48,899 nucleotides of DNA from Myxococcota bacterium (lineage in GTDB: Bacteria > Myxococcota > JACRCW01), in assembly GCA_040752415.1 (NCBI GenBank), contig JBFMGU010000050.1:1-48899 (forward strand), in the 5' to 3' direction. Every line of letters begins with the position of its first letter. The first letter of the stretch is position 1. Position numbers and translations under genes: made by a program. The notes beneath the pieces are model-generated. The model was not told the origin of the DNA. It worked only from the letters and a program-made list of their open reading frames with translations, and ran no database searches. Below, in pieces: positions 25,982-34,527 of the stretch.

Positions 25982-28147
25982 TTAGCGTCCGCCCGGGCGC
26001 AGGCTGCGCTTGCCCAGGTATTCGCTCTTGAGCACGTCGTCGGGCGCCATCTTCAGGTTCACGTTCATCATGTCCGAGGGCGCCAGGCCGGGGTAGCTCA
26101 TCACCGCCACGTGGTTCTTCAGCTTGAAGGGGTCCTTGCCGCGCAGGAAGGACGCCTCCTGGGCTTCCTTGTAGGTGGAGCTCATGGCGTCGCGCACGCG
26201 GGCGAGCAGGCGGCCGGGCAGGCCCTTGAGACCGGGATTGTTCTTCTCCAGCTCGGAGAACTCCTCGGCGGAGCCAAACCCGGCGCTCTTGTCGTTCTCG
26301 TAGGCGCGCTTCAGCTCGGCGGAGGCCAGCGCGTCCACCACCGCGGCGCTGTCGGAGGCAATGGCCTTGCCCACGTCCAGCTGCTCGCCAAAGTCCGGGC
26401 CAAAGGAGCTCACCGTCTTGCGCATGTCCGTGAAGGTGAAGCGCTCCTTGTCCTTGAAGAACAGGTTCAGCTCGGCCAGCTTCTCGAACCACTGCTGGCC
26501 GGGGCCCTCCGCCTCGTTGCCGCTCTCGTCGGCGAGCTTCTGGCCCTCGCTCTTCATGTTGGCCACCCACTCCGCGGCGGTGTTGAGCAGCTCCGCTTCG
26601 TTCTTCTTCCAGTCGCCCAGGCCGCGCGCGTCCCGGCCCACGTGCGGCTGGCTCTTGACGTCGGCCTCGTTGACGCCGCGGTCACCCAGGAAGGTGACGA
26701 ACTCCTTGATGCGGTCCACGTAGTTCCCCGCCGTCTCCCCATCCCGACGCGGCGGCGTGCGCGCCCACTTGCTGTGCAGGTTCTCCGAGCGGTCCACGCC
26801 GGACATGAGGCCAATGTAGTTCTTCACCGCGCCGGTCAGGCCGCAGTTGCTCATGATGCCGTGGCGGCCGGGCGGCTTGGGCAGGTTGATGATGTCGGTG
26901 ACGTCCTTGAGCGCGGTGGAGACGCGGATGCCGTCTTGGAAGTGCTTGAGCGCCCTCAGCTGCTGCGGCGTCATGTTGGCCTCGTCGGGGGCCACCGGCT
27001 CGCCTGGGCCCTTGCTGACGGGCTTGAGGACCATGGTCTGCTGCTCGTCGAGCGGGATCACCACCACGCCGGCCTCCCGGGCGCGGTCCAGCAGCTCGGT
27101 GTGGTTGCGACGGACCAGCGGCGCCACGTCGGCGGCCTTGGCATTCTCCGGGACGTTGACGCCGGCGGCGCGCAGCTTCTCCGCCAGGAACTTCACCGCG
27201 GCATCGTGCGCCGCGGCGCCGCGCAGGCCCTGCTTGTTGAAGCTGACCTCGACGCCGGCGAGCACCGCGCCGCCCAGGATGCCGGTGTCCTCCATGTTGT
27301 CCATGGTGGTGCGACCGAAATCCTTGTTCTCGATGCCACTCTCGTCGGCGACGGTGACCTTGACGTTGGAACCCACCGCCGCGCCCTTCTGGTGGGTGGC
27401 CATGGCGGCGGCGTAGACGCTCTCCCAGCTGCTGACGGTGGGATAGCCGTTGATGCCCCAATTGATGCCGGGCTTGACGAGCACGTTGTGGTTCTTGCCG
27501 GGCTCCAGGAACTTCCAGCCGTTGATGGCCTCGGTCTGCTCCAGGAAGACCTTCAGCACCTCCTGGGCGTTGGCCTTCACGGGCAGGTCGGAGATTGCGG
27601 CGTTGGCGCGCACGCCGGAGGCGGCCTTGCGCGCGGCCTGGAGGTACGCGGCCTCGGCTTCTCCCGTCGAGACAATGGCGCGCACGGTGCCCTTGATGTA
27701 CTCGCGCATGACCTGCGAGTTGGCCGCCAGCGCCGCTTCCTTCTCGGAGGTGGCCGCCTTGGGATCGATGTCCGCGAGGTGCATCACCGCGAAGCGCAGC
27801 AGGTCGAAGCGTGCGGCGCGCGCCTCCTCGGTGAGCTCCATCCTGCCGCCCACCTTGACGCGCTGGAAGTTGTCCTCCTTGAGGCCCACCTGCAGCAGGT
27901 AGACGGCTTCCTCGTCGGTGACGGTGCCGCCGTCAAAGGCGGACTTCTGCAGCTTCTGGACGTCCTCCGGCCCCAGCGCGCCGCCGCCGAAGATCTTCTT
28001 CACGGTGTCGCGGACCTTGAGGTTGAGCGTGGTGTCCGGCAGGCCGAAATCCAGGTTCTCCGACCCCACGCCGCCCTTCTTCGATCCGTCGAGAAGGGAC
28101 TGCGTGAACAGGTTCATGGCCTGGGTGGTGAAGCGCATCCGCGTCAT
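25982..28147 (-). CDS. DUF362 domain-containing protein with large insertions and an N-terminal extension
   Basis: VLVKPGINW, IINLPKPPGRH, LTGAVKNYIGL (DUF362 motifs). GGAGG RBS before MTRMRF. Confidence 0.72.
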   Translation of the reverse strand: MTRMRFTTQAMNLFTQSLLDGSKKGGVGSENLDFGLPDTTLNLKVRDTVKKIFGGGALGPEDVQKLQKSAFDGGTVTDEEAVYLLQVGLKEDNFQRVKVGGRMELTEEARAARFDLLRFAVMHLADIDPKAATSEKEAALAANSQVMREYIKGTVRAIVSTGEAEAAYLQAARKAASGVRANAAISDLPVKANAQEVLKVFLEQTEAINGWKFLEPGKNHNVLVKPGINWGINGYPTVSSWESVYAAAMATHQKGAAVGSNVKVTVADESGIENKDFGRTTMDNMEDTGILGGAVLAGVEVSFNKQGLRGAAAHDAAVKFLAEKLRAAGVNVPENAKAADVAPLVRRNHTELLDRAREAGVVVIPLDEQQTMVLKPVSKGPGEPVAPDEANMTPQQLRALKHFQDGIRVSTALKDVTDIINLPKPPGRHGIMSNCGLTGAVKNYIGLMSGVDRSENLHSKWARTPPRRDGETAGNYVDRIKEFVTFLGDRGVNEADVKSQPHVGRDARGLGDWKKNEAELLNTAAEWVANMKSEGQKLADESGNEAEGPGQQWFEKLAELNLFFKDKERFTFTDMRKTVSSFGPDFGEQLDVGKAIASDSAAVVDALASAELKRAYENDKSAGFGSAEEFSELEKNNPGLKGLPGRLLARVRDAMSSTYKEAQEASFLRGKDPFKLKNHVAVMSYPGLAPSDMMNVNLKMAPDDVLKSEYLGKRSLRPGGR

Positions 28148-28257
28148 GGAAACCCTCCCTGGGAGCAGGCAGAAGGGCTGCACCTATAGCAAGATTTGCG
28201 CGTTTTGCGAGGACGGGGCGGGCGCCAGGGGGAGGATGGCCTCGGGGACCCCCGGGC

Positions 28258-31167
28258 TCAGGGGGTGGCCGGTCCCGGGCAGGGCGGGTGCACCAACGTC
28301 ACCGCGGAACGCGACGCCACGACGAGGCGGTCCTCGAACGACACCGCGTGCGTGGGCGGCTGGGGCAGGTCCAGCAGGCCCAGCAGTACCGGCGGGTCGC
28401 TGGTGACGTCCACAAACGCCAGTCCGGTCACCATGGACACCAGGGCGGTGCGCCCATCAAACGCCACGAGGTGGTTGCTGTCGTCGAGCGGCAGGCCGGT
28501 CACGCCGGGAGTGAGCGTGGAGCCCTGGAGGCGGTGCACGTGCAGCACATAGGGTCCATAGTAATCGACCACGAAGCTCGAAGCGTCCTCGCCCACGGAG
28601 CTGAGCGTCACCACGCGGTCACCGGAGAGCGCCACCGAGTGCACGAACAGGCCGGGCAGCTCCGTGCGCGCCACCAGGGAGAGCTCCTCCGGCGTGTGCT
28701 GCACCACGAATAGCTCGGCGGGGTGTACCGGGTACCCGGCCACGACGGCGGCGCGGTGGACCTCCCGCTCCACGCCGAGCACGAGGTGCCCGGTGTAGAG
28801 CTCCAGGCTGCTCGTCGAGGGAAGCGATGGCGTCAGCGTCAGGCGGTGGGAGCTCTCCAACTCGAAGGCGGGGGTCTCGGCGGAGAGGTCGTAGCTGTGG
28901 ATGAGCAGCGTGGGCACCGCGTCCATTCCCGCGCTGAAGAGCACGGTGCCGTCGGAGCGCAGGTTGCGCACGATGTTCTCCGTGAGCGCCAGGCTCCCCA
29001 CCATCTGCGGCGACGACGGGTCGGTGGCGTCCAGCCACGGGAGCAGCGTGGGCCGGTTGTACGCGCGGCGCATCAACGGGTCATGCTCGCCCCAGAAAGG
29101 TGGCACCATCTCGTCGTGGCGGACGCCATCCAGGCTGATGCGCTGCAGCGCGGAGTCATGCGGCACCGACGTTCCCGCGGCGAACGCGGGCGGGCCGTGC
29201 GCCGGGATGAACACCGTGCGCACCCCGGCACCGTCGAGGGCGAGCACGCCGGCGGAGAAGGGGACCAGCTGGAAGATGGCGCCTTGGTCGGGCGCGGAGA
29301 GCATGCGGAATCCGTCGCCGGGCTGGGTGGGCAGGCGGTAGACGCGGAATCCGCCGGCCTCCAGCGTGAACCTCACCGCCACGTAGTTGTTGGTGGCCGC
29401 CACGAGGTTGGCCGAGCTGGTGGGCAGCACCGTCTCCGAGATGAGGGAGGGATCCGCGGGATTGGTCACGTCATGGACGGTGAGACGACGCTGCTCGAAC
29501 TGGCCCGCCTGCAGGGTGACCAGCGCGGTGTCGGTGAGCGCGAAGTCCCACACCGGTTGCGCTGCGCTGAGCGCGCCCCGCGGCTGCAGCGTGTCGGCGT
29601 CAAACAGCTCCACGCGGGTGGCCGCCATCTGGTCCACGGCCGCACCCACCAGCCCGCCGTGGACGCGCGCCTCCGACACCACCTGATCGGACAACAGCAC
29701 CGTGCTCTCGACGGGCGCGAGCGGATTGGTGAGGTCCAGTGCGTGCAGCCCGGTGTAGGAGCCCATCCACACGCGGTTGCGCACGGGATCCGCGGCCAGC
29801 GACGTGCAGCCACCGGCGGGAGTCTGCGGCTCGGGAGCGACCGGCGCGTCGGGCTCGGTGAAGTCGACGATCCAGAAGTGACCACCGGTGTCGGCGCACA
29901 GGTACAGGACCTGTCCCACGAACGCGACGCCACTGAGGTTCAATCCCGTCAGCGGCAGTGTGCCGCGCGCCTGCACCTCACCGCTTTCCGTCCACGTGTA
30001 CATGCGCGCCTGCAACGTGGTGCCGCCCAGACGGGAGATCACCACCATGCGCCCCCGACCCGCCGCCACCACACCCACCAACGGCGCCGCGGCGACCCCG
30101 GTGGCGGTCCAACGCGCGACCAGCCCGGTGTCCGTGACGTTGACGAGCGTGACATCCATGCGCGTGGTCAGGTCCTTCCAGTACAGCGGCCAGTGCGGGT
30201 CCAGGAACACCAGGGTCCCGTCGTCATTCACCGCGGCCTGCGCCGAGGCGCCGCCGTACGTGGGGAGATACGCCGCCACTTGCGGTGTGCTGGGCGCGCG
30301 CGTGCCCACGCAGGTGCCCTGCTGGCAGGCGTCACCGGTGGTGCAGAGGTCTCCGTCGTCGCAGCGGCTGCCTTCCGCGATGGGAAATGGCGTGCACACG
30401 CCCTGCACGCACAAGGGGATGGAAGCGCACCCTTCCGGCAGGCCGCACGGCGTCCCGTCGGTGACGGCGTCATGCAGGCAGCCCAGCGTCACGTCGCAGG
30501 CGTCGGCGGTGCAGGGGTCGTCGTCCTGGCACAGCGTTCCGTCGGGAACGTGGGTGCAGCCGAGCGTGGTGTCGCAGAGCTCGCGTGTGCACGGGTTGTC
30601 GTCGGCGGGACACGCGCGTGCCACGCCGGAGCATTGGCCGGCAACGCAACGGTCGTCGTCGGTGCAGGGGTTGTTGTCGTCGCAGGAGCCTTCCACGTTG
30701 TCATGGACGCAGTGGTTCACGGTCAGGTCATACCGGTCCAGGGTGCAGGGAATGTCATCGTCACAGTCCGGGAGCGGCGTACCTTGCGCGCGCAGGGAGA
30801 TGCGGAGCTCAGCGCCGTTCTCGGCGTCGGAGTGGACCACCAGCTCCGCGGTGCGCTCGCCTTCCGCCAGGGCGAGGAACGCCACGGTCACCGTCGTCGA
30901 CTCATTGGGCGGCAGGACGTCGCGTCCCCGGTCCAGCACGGTGAACTCGGTGGCGCCGGCCACGGTGACGGCGTGGATGTGGAGCTCCCGCGTTCCCGCG
31001 CTGTGCAGCTGCACGGTGCGCTCCTCCTGGGTGCCCACGTAGACGTCACCGAACTCCACCGCGCGCACGCTGGGCGCCATGAGCGCCACCGTTCGCTCCA
31101 GCGACGTCTCTCCGCAGGTGGTGCAGGAGGAGAGCAGGAGCAGCGCGGGGAGCAGGACGCGCTTCAT
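28258..31167 (-). CDS. Large lipoprotein: Ig-like domain, Cys-rich CxDxxPCTxD repeats, beta-propeller (LVIVD-like)
   Basis: Lipobox LSSC, VEFGDVYVG Ig-like start, five CDDxxPCTxDxC-type repeats, repeated (V/L)D(V/L)TNP/DP motifs. Confidence 0.82.
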   Translation of the reverse strand: MKRVLLPALLLLSSCTTCGETSLERTVALMAPSVRAVEFGDVYVGTQEERTVQLHSAGTRELHIHAVTVAGATEFTVLDRGRDVLPPNESTTVTVAFLALAEGERTAELVVHSDAENGAELRISLRAQGTPLPDCDDDIPCTLDRYDLTVNHCVHDNVEGSCDDNNPCTDDDRCVAGQCSGVARACPADDNPCTRELCDTTLGCTHVPDGTLCQDDDPCTADACDVTLGCLHDAVTDGTPCGLPEGCASIPLCVQGVCTPFPIAEGSRCDDGDLCTTGDACQQGTCVGTRAPSTPQVAAYLPTYGGASAQAAVNDDGTLVFLDPHWPLYWKDLTTRMDVTLVNVTDTGLVARWTATGVAAAPLVGVVAAGRGRMVVISRLGGTTLQARMYTWTESGEVQARGTLPLTGLNLSGVAFVGQVLYLCADTGGHFWIVDFTEPDAPVAPEPQTPAGGCTSLAADPVRNRVWMGSYTGLHALDLTNPLAPVESTVLLSDQVVSEARVHGGLVGAAVDQMAATRVELFDADTLQPRGALSAAQPVWDFALTDTALVTLQAGQFEQRRLTVHDVTNPADPSLISETVLPTSSANLVAATNNYVAVRFTLEAGGFRVYRLPTQPGDGFRMLSAPDQGAIFQLVPFSAGVLALDGAGVRTVFIPAHGPPAFAAGTSVPHDSALQRISLDGVRHDEMVPPFWGEHDPLMRRAYNRPTLLPWLDATDPSSPQMVGSLALTENIVRNLRSDGTVLFSAGMDAVPTLLIHSYDLSAETPAFELESSHRLTLTPSLPSTSSLELYTGHLVLGVEREVHRAAVVAGYPVHPAELFVVQHTPEELSLVARTELPGLFVHSVALSGDRVVTLSSVGEDASSFVVDYYGPYVLHVHRLQGSTLTPGVTGLPLDDSNHLVAFDGRTALVSMVTGLAFVDVTSDPPVLLGLLDLPQPPTHAVSFEDRLVVASRSAVTLVHPPCPGPATP

Positions 31168-31508
31168 GTGGGTCGACCCGCGAGGCGCCGCAACGCGTCG
31201 ACGATGTCCTGCACCCGTTGCTGCCACGGCTCGTCGGCAACGACCTCGACTCCGTCGGTGCCCTTGGCGGTCTCCACGTCCAGGTCGCCGCCGAGGACCT
31301 TGAGGACCGGAGGGAAGCCCGCGCCAAATCCGACCTCCGAGACCACCAGCAGCGTCGCGGCCTGTCCGGTGGCGGAGGTGAGGCGCCACAGGTCCGTTTC
31401 CACGACGTCACCGTGGGACATGGGCGTGGTGTGTCGCTCCCGGATGGTCCAGCCGGCCTGCTCCAGCGCGCGCGTGAGTGGCTGCTCCCGACGTGAGGCG
31501 AGTGGCAT
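31164..31508 (-). CDS. Hypothetical protein
   Basis: 114-aa ORF with ATGA overlap to the downstream lipoprotein gene. Confidence 0.55.
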   Translation of the reverse strand: MPLASRREQPLTRALEQAGWTIRERHTTPMSHGDVVETDLWRLTSATGQAATLLVVSEVGFGAGFPPVLKVLGGDLDVETAKGTDGVEVVADEPWQQRVQDIVDALRRLAGRPT

Positions 31509-31545
31509 CCCCGTAACATGCCATAGGGGAGGTTACACGTCGTGT

Positions 31546-31568
31546 TCACTGCCAGGGAACGGCCTCCC
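31546..31568 (-). repeat. Exact 23-bp copy of the last codons of gene 34528-36963
   Basis: TCACTGCCAGGGAACGGCCTCCC is identical at 31546-31568 and 34528-34550. Confidence 0.9.
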
Positions 31569-31785
31569 GGAGTGCGCACCAAGACGTCTTGCTCTGGAAG
31601 CCAACACGTCTTGCCGTGGAGTACAAGACGTTCAACGCCGACCTTTCCACGCTGAGCAGCCTGGCGGCTCCAGGATCCGTGCGCCAGGATGGCCCGCGCG
31701 CTGCTTGGGATTCTCCGCCGTGACAAGCTCGCCCGCACCGAGGACGCGGCTGCGGAAACAGTCGTGACGGTTGCCCTGGGCGCAT
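31569..31785 (+). repeat. ~215-bp dispersed direct repeat, copy 1
   Basis: Matches 45058-45269. Block 31670-31785 versus 45153-45269 shows about 10 differences in ~117 nt. Begins with 22-bp-period CAAGACGTCTTG units. Confidence 0.9.
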
Positions 31786-31852
31786 ACGTGTTTCCTGAGC
31801 CGGAAGCTCTTGCTACGCTGCCGCTGCTGCATTCTGCCAAATGGAGCTCACC

Positions 31853-34378
31853 ATGCGACGGGACCGGATGGGTGGATTGTGGGGTATTTGCGTGGCGTTC
31901 GTGTTCTCCGGTTGCCTCACGGCGACGGGATCAGAGGGTGAGGACGCCGGGCCCGCCCAGACGGAGGCTTCGAGCTCGACATCACAGGCTGCCAGCAGCT
32001 CTTCATCGTCATCCAGTGCCGCGGTGAGCAGCGCCACGGCGTCCAGCTCCAGCGCAGCCGCGTCTTCCAGCTCCACCGCCGCCTCGTCCAGCTCAGCATC
32101 CGTGACATCGACAGCGTCGGCGAGCACTGCCACCTCCACCGCTGCGTCGTCCTCGTCTTCCAGCGCGGCTCAGACCAGCACGGCCGCCTCCACGTCCAGC
32201 TCCACCTCCTCGTCAGGCGCGACCTCGTCGTCGGGCTCGTCGGCGGATGCTTCCTCCTCGTCGTCTTCGTCCTCGTCGAGCCAGACGTCCAGCACCGCTT
32301 CATCGAGCACCGGTACGACGTCGTCATCCAGCGGCTGCCCCGCGGTCACCTACTACCAGGACTTCGACTCCGACGGGTTCGGGAATGCCGCGGTCTCCCT
32401 CTCCGCCTGTGAGCAACCCGAGGGTTACGTGCTGGATGCCACGGACTGCAACGACAACGTGGGGGCGGCAAACCCGCTGGGAACGGAGGTTCCGTGCAAC
32501 CGCATTGATGAGGACTGCAGCGGCTCCGACGGAGGCGATCACATCGTGGATGACGACGGTGCCACGGGATACACGACCATCCAGGATGCGATTGCTGCCG
32601 CCGCGGCCGGAGACTGGATCTGTGTCGAGGACGGCACGTACTTCGGTCCGGTGGCTGTCGACAAGGGCGTCAATCTCCGCAGCCTGGGTGGGTCGTTCGC
32701 CAACGCAAATGCAGTGATCAACGGCGCGGGCTCCGGGCGTTCCGTCGTCATCACCGCCGACAGCGCGCGGTTGGAGGGCTTCATTGTGACGGGGGGCCTT
32801 GCACCCACGGGAGAGCCGGGCGGCTGCGTCCTCATCGATGGTGCCGACAACGTGGTGGTGTCCAACACCGAGGTCAGGAATTGCGCCACCGACGCGTCGG
32901 GCGCCGGGCTTGCCGTGCGCGATTCCAACACCGCGCTGCTCGCGGGCATGTACGTCCATGACAACACGGCGTCGCTGAACGGTGGTGGTGTGTTCATCAC
33001 CGGATTGTCCGCCGACGCGCTCATCACGGAGTCCAACCTGGCGAACAATCGCGCCGACCGGGGCGGCTGCCTGGCGGCGGAGGATGCGGTGGCTCCCCGG
33101 GTGGTGGATGCGACCATGTCCGGTTGCGCGGCCACGACCCGGGGTGGTGCGGTCTGGCTCCTGCGCAGCCAGGGAGCCCGGCTGGAGAGCGTGACGTTCA
33201 CCTCCAACACCGCTCCGACGGGCGGGGCCCTTGCGGTGGAGGCTGGCAATGGCTCCGTCGTTCAAGGGAACACCTTTGCGCTCAACACCGCGGTGACCAC
33301 CGGCGGCGCCGTCTACGACGAGAACGGTGTTGACGCGGAGTACTCGGGCAATCAATTTGATTCCAATGTCACGAGTCCTTCCGTCGACACTGACCCGACG
33401 TATGGTGGTGCAGCCGTGATCACGGGTGCCACCGGGTTGTCGCTTGTTGACAACGTCTTTGTCGCCAACGAGGCGAAAGGTGACGGAAGCGGCGGAGCGG
33501 TTTGGATCGATACCAGCCCGGCTGCGGCGCTGGACGCGAATGAGTTTACTTCGAATATTGGATGGACGGCCGGCGGTGCCATCTGGGTCGTGGGACCGGA
33601 CGTGGCCATTCGCAACAGCACGTTTACCGGCAACCTGGGCATCATTTACGGCGGCGCAGTGTACGCGTCGGAAGCGGACCGCCTCACGGCGGAGTTGAAC
33701 GCCTTCAACCAGAACGATGCCTATCTGTACGGCGGCGCGATCTATGTGCGGAACAGCGCGTCACCGACCATCACCGGGAACGGTTTCGACGCCAACTCGG
33801 CGCACTTCAATGACGGAACCAACTTCTTCGGCATTGGTGGCGCGGTGGCACTGGTGACTGTCCCGGGGGGAGGCGCGCAAACCGCATCGGCGGTGGTCAG
33901 CAACAACACCTTCACGAACAATCAGGCACTCCTGGCGGGCGGCGCCATCTACCTGGAGGACGCCGACCAATCAGAGCTTGTCGACAATCGTCTGGAGCTC
34001 AACGACGCGGAATTTGGGGGCGCCGTGTACGCGGGAGGCTCCTACGATCAAAACACCGGCCTCCTGGTGTCGGGGATTGACGACTTTGTTTCCAGCGGGA
34101 ACACCTACCTCACCAACGCGGCCCTGCTGGACGTTGGCATGACGGGGAATGCCTGGGGCGGGGGCGTCCTGCTGGACCTGGAGGGCGCCACTCCGGCGGC
34201 ATTCGCGGATGATGTCTTCACGACCAACAGCGCATTGACCAATGGCGGCGGTATCTATTGCGTTGGCGCGGCGGCGATCACCGTATCCACGTTTACGGTT
34301 GCGAATGTCACCTTCTCCGGGAACACGCCCAACGACGTGTTCTGCGCAACGGGGTGTGACTCTTCGGCCTGCCCGTAG
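31853..34378 (+). CDS. Poly-Ser lipoprotein with a MopE-like Cys/Asp repeat and right-handed beta-helix (Pmp-like GGA(I/V)/FxxN) repeats
   Basis: Lipobox FSGC, Ser tract, YYQDFDSDGFG..DCNDN..CNRIDEDC, then many FxxNxA..GGA(I/V) repeats. Confidence 0.85.
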   Translation: MRRDRMGGLWGICVAFVFSGCLTATGSEGEDAGPAQTEASSSTSQAASSSSSSSSAAVSSATASSSSAAASSSSTAASSSSASVTSTASASTATSTAASSSSSSAAQTSTAASTSSSTSSSGATSSSGSSADASSSSSSSSSSQTSSTASSSTGTTSSSSGCPAVTYYQDFDSDGFGNAAVSLSACEQPEGYVLDATDCNDNVGAANPLGTEVPCNRIDEDCSGSDGGDHIVDDDGATGYTTIQDAIAAAAAGDWICVEDGTYFGPVAVDKGVNLRSLGGSFANANAVINGAGSGRSVVITADSARLEGFIVTGGLAPTGEPGGCVLIDGADNVVVSNTEVRNCATDASGAGLAVRDSNTALLAGMYVHDNTASLNGGGVFITGLSADALITESNLANNRADRGGCLAAEDAVAPRVVDATMSGCAATTRGGAVWLLRSQGARLESVTFTSNTAPTGGALAVEAGNGSVVQGNTFALNTAVTTGGAVYDENGVDAEYSGNQFDSNVTSPSVDTDPTYGGAAVITGATGLSLVDNVFVANEAKGDGSGGAVWIDTSPAAALDANEFTSNIGWTAGGAIWVVGPDVAIRNSTFTGNLGIIYGGAVYASEADRLTAELNAFNQNDAYLYGGAIYVRNSASPTITGNGFDANSAHFNDGTNFFGIGGAVALVTVPGGGAQTASAVVSNNTFTNNQALLAGGAIYLEDADQSELVDNRLELNDAEFGGAVYAGGSYDQNTGLLVSGIDDFVSSGNTYLTNAALLDVGMTGNAWGGGVLLDLEGATPAAFADDVFTTNSALTNGGGIYCVGAAAITVSTFTVANVTFSGNTPNDVFCATGCDSSACP

Positions 34379-34527
34379 GCTTTCACGAAGGCCTTCTCCC
34401 TGAGTTTTTGGGCGGTCATCGCACCGTGTTGGACCCAGGCGCGCCCACGGACGTGGAAGATGCCATTGGCCGGGCGCGGCTGTCGTCGTCAGGCGCCAGG
34501 GCCGCGGACCACGTCGTGGCTGCGTGA

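Noticed and set aside
31580..31632. CRISPR array
   Set aside because: Only two or three 12-bp units with 10-bp similar spacers, and no cas genes.
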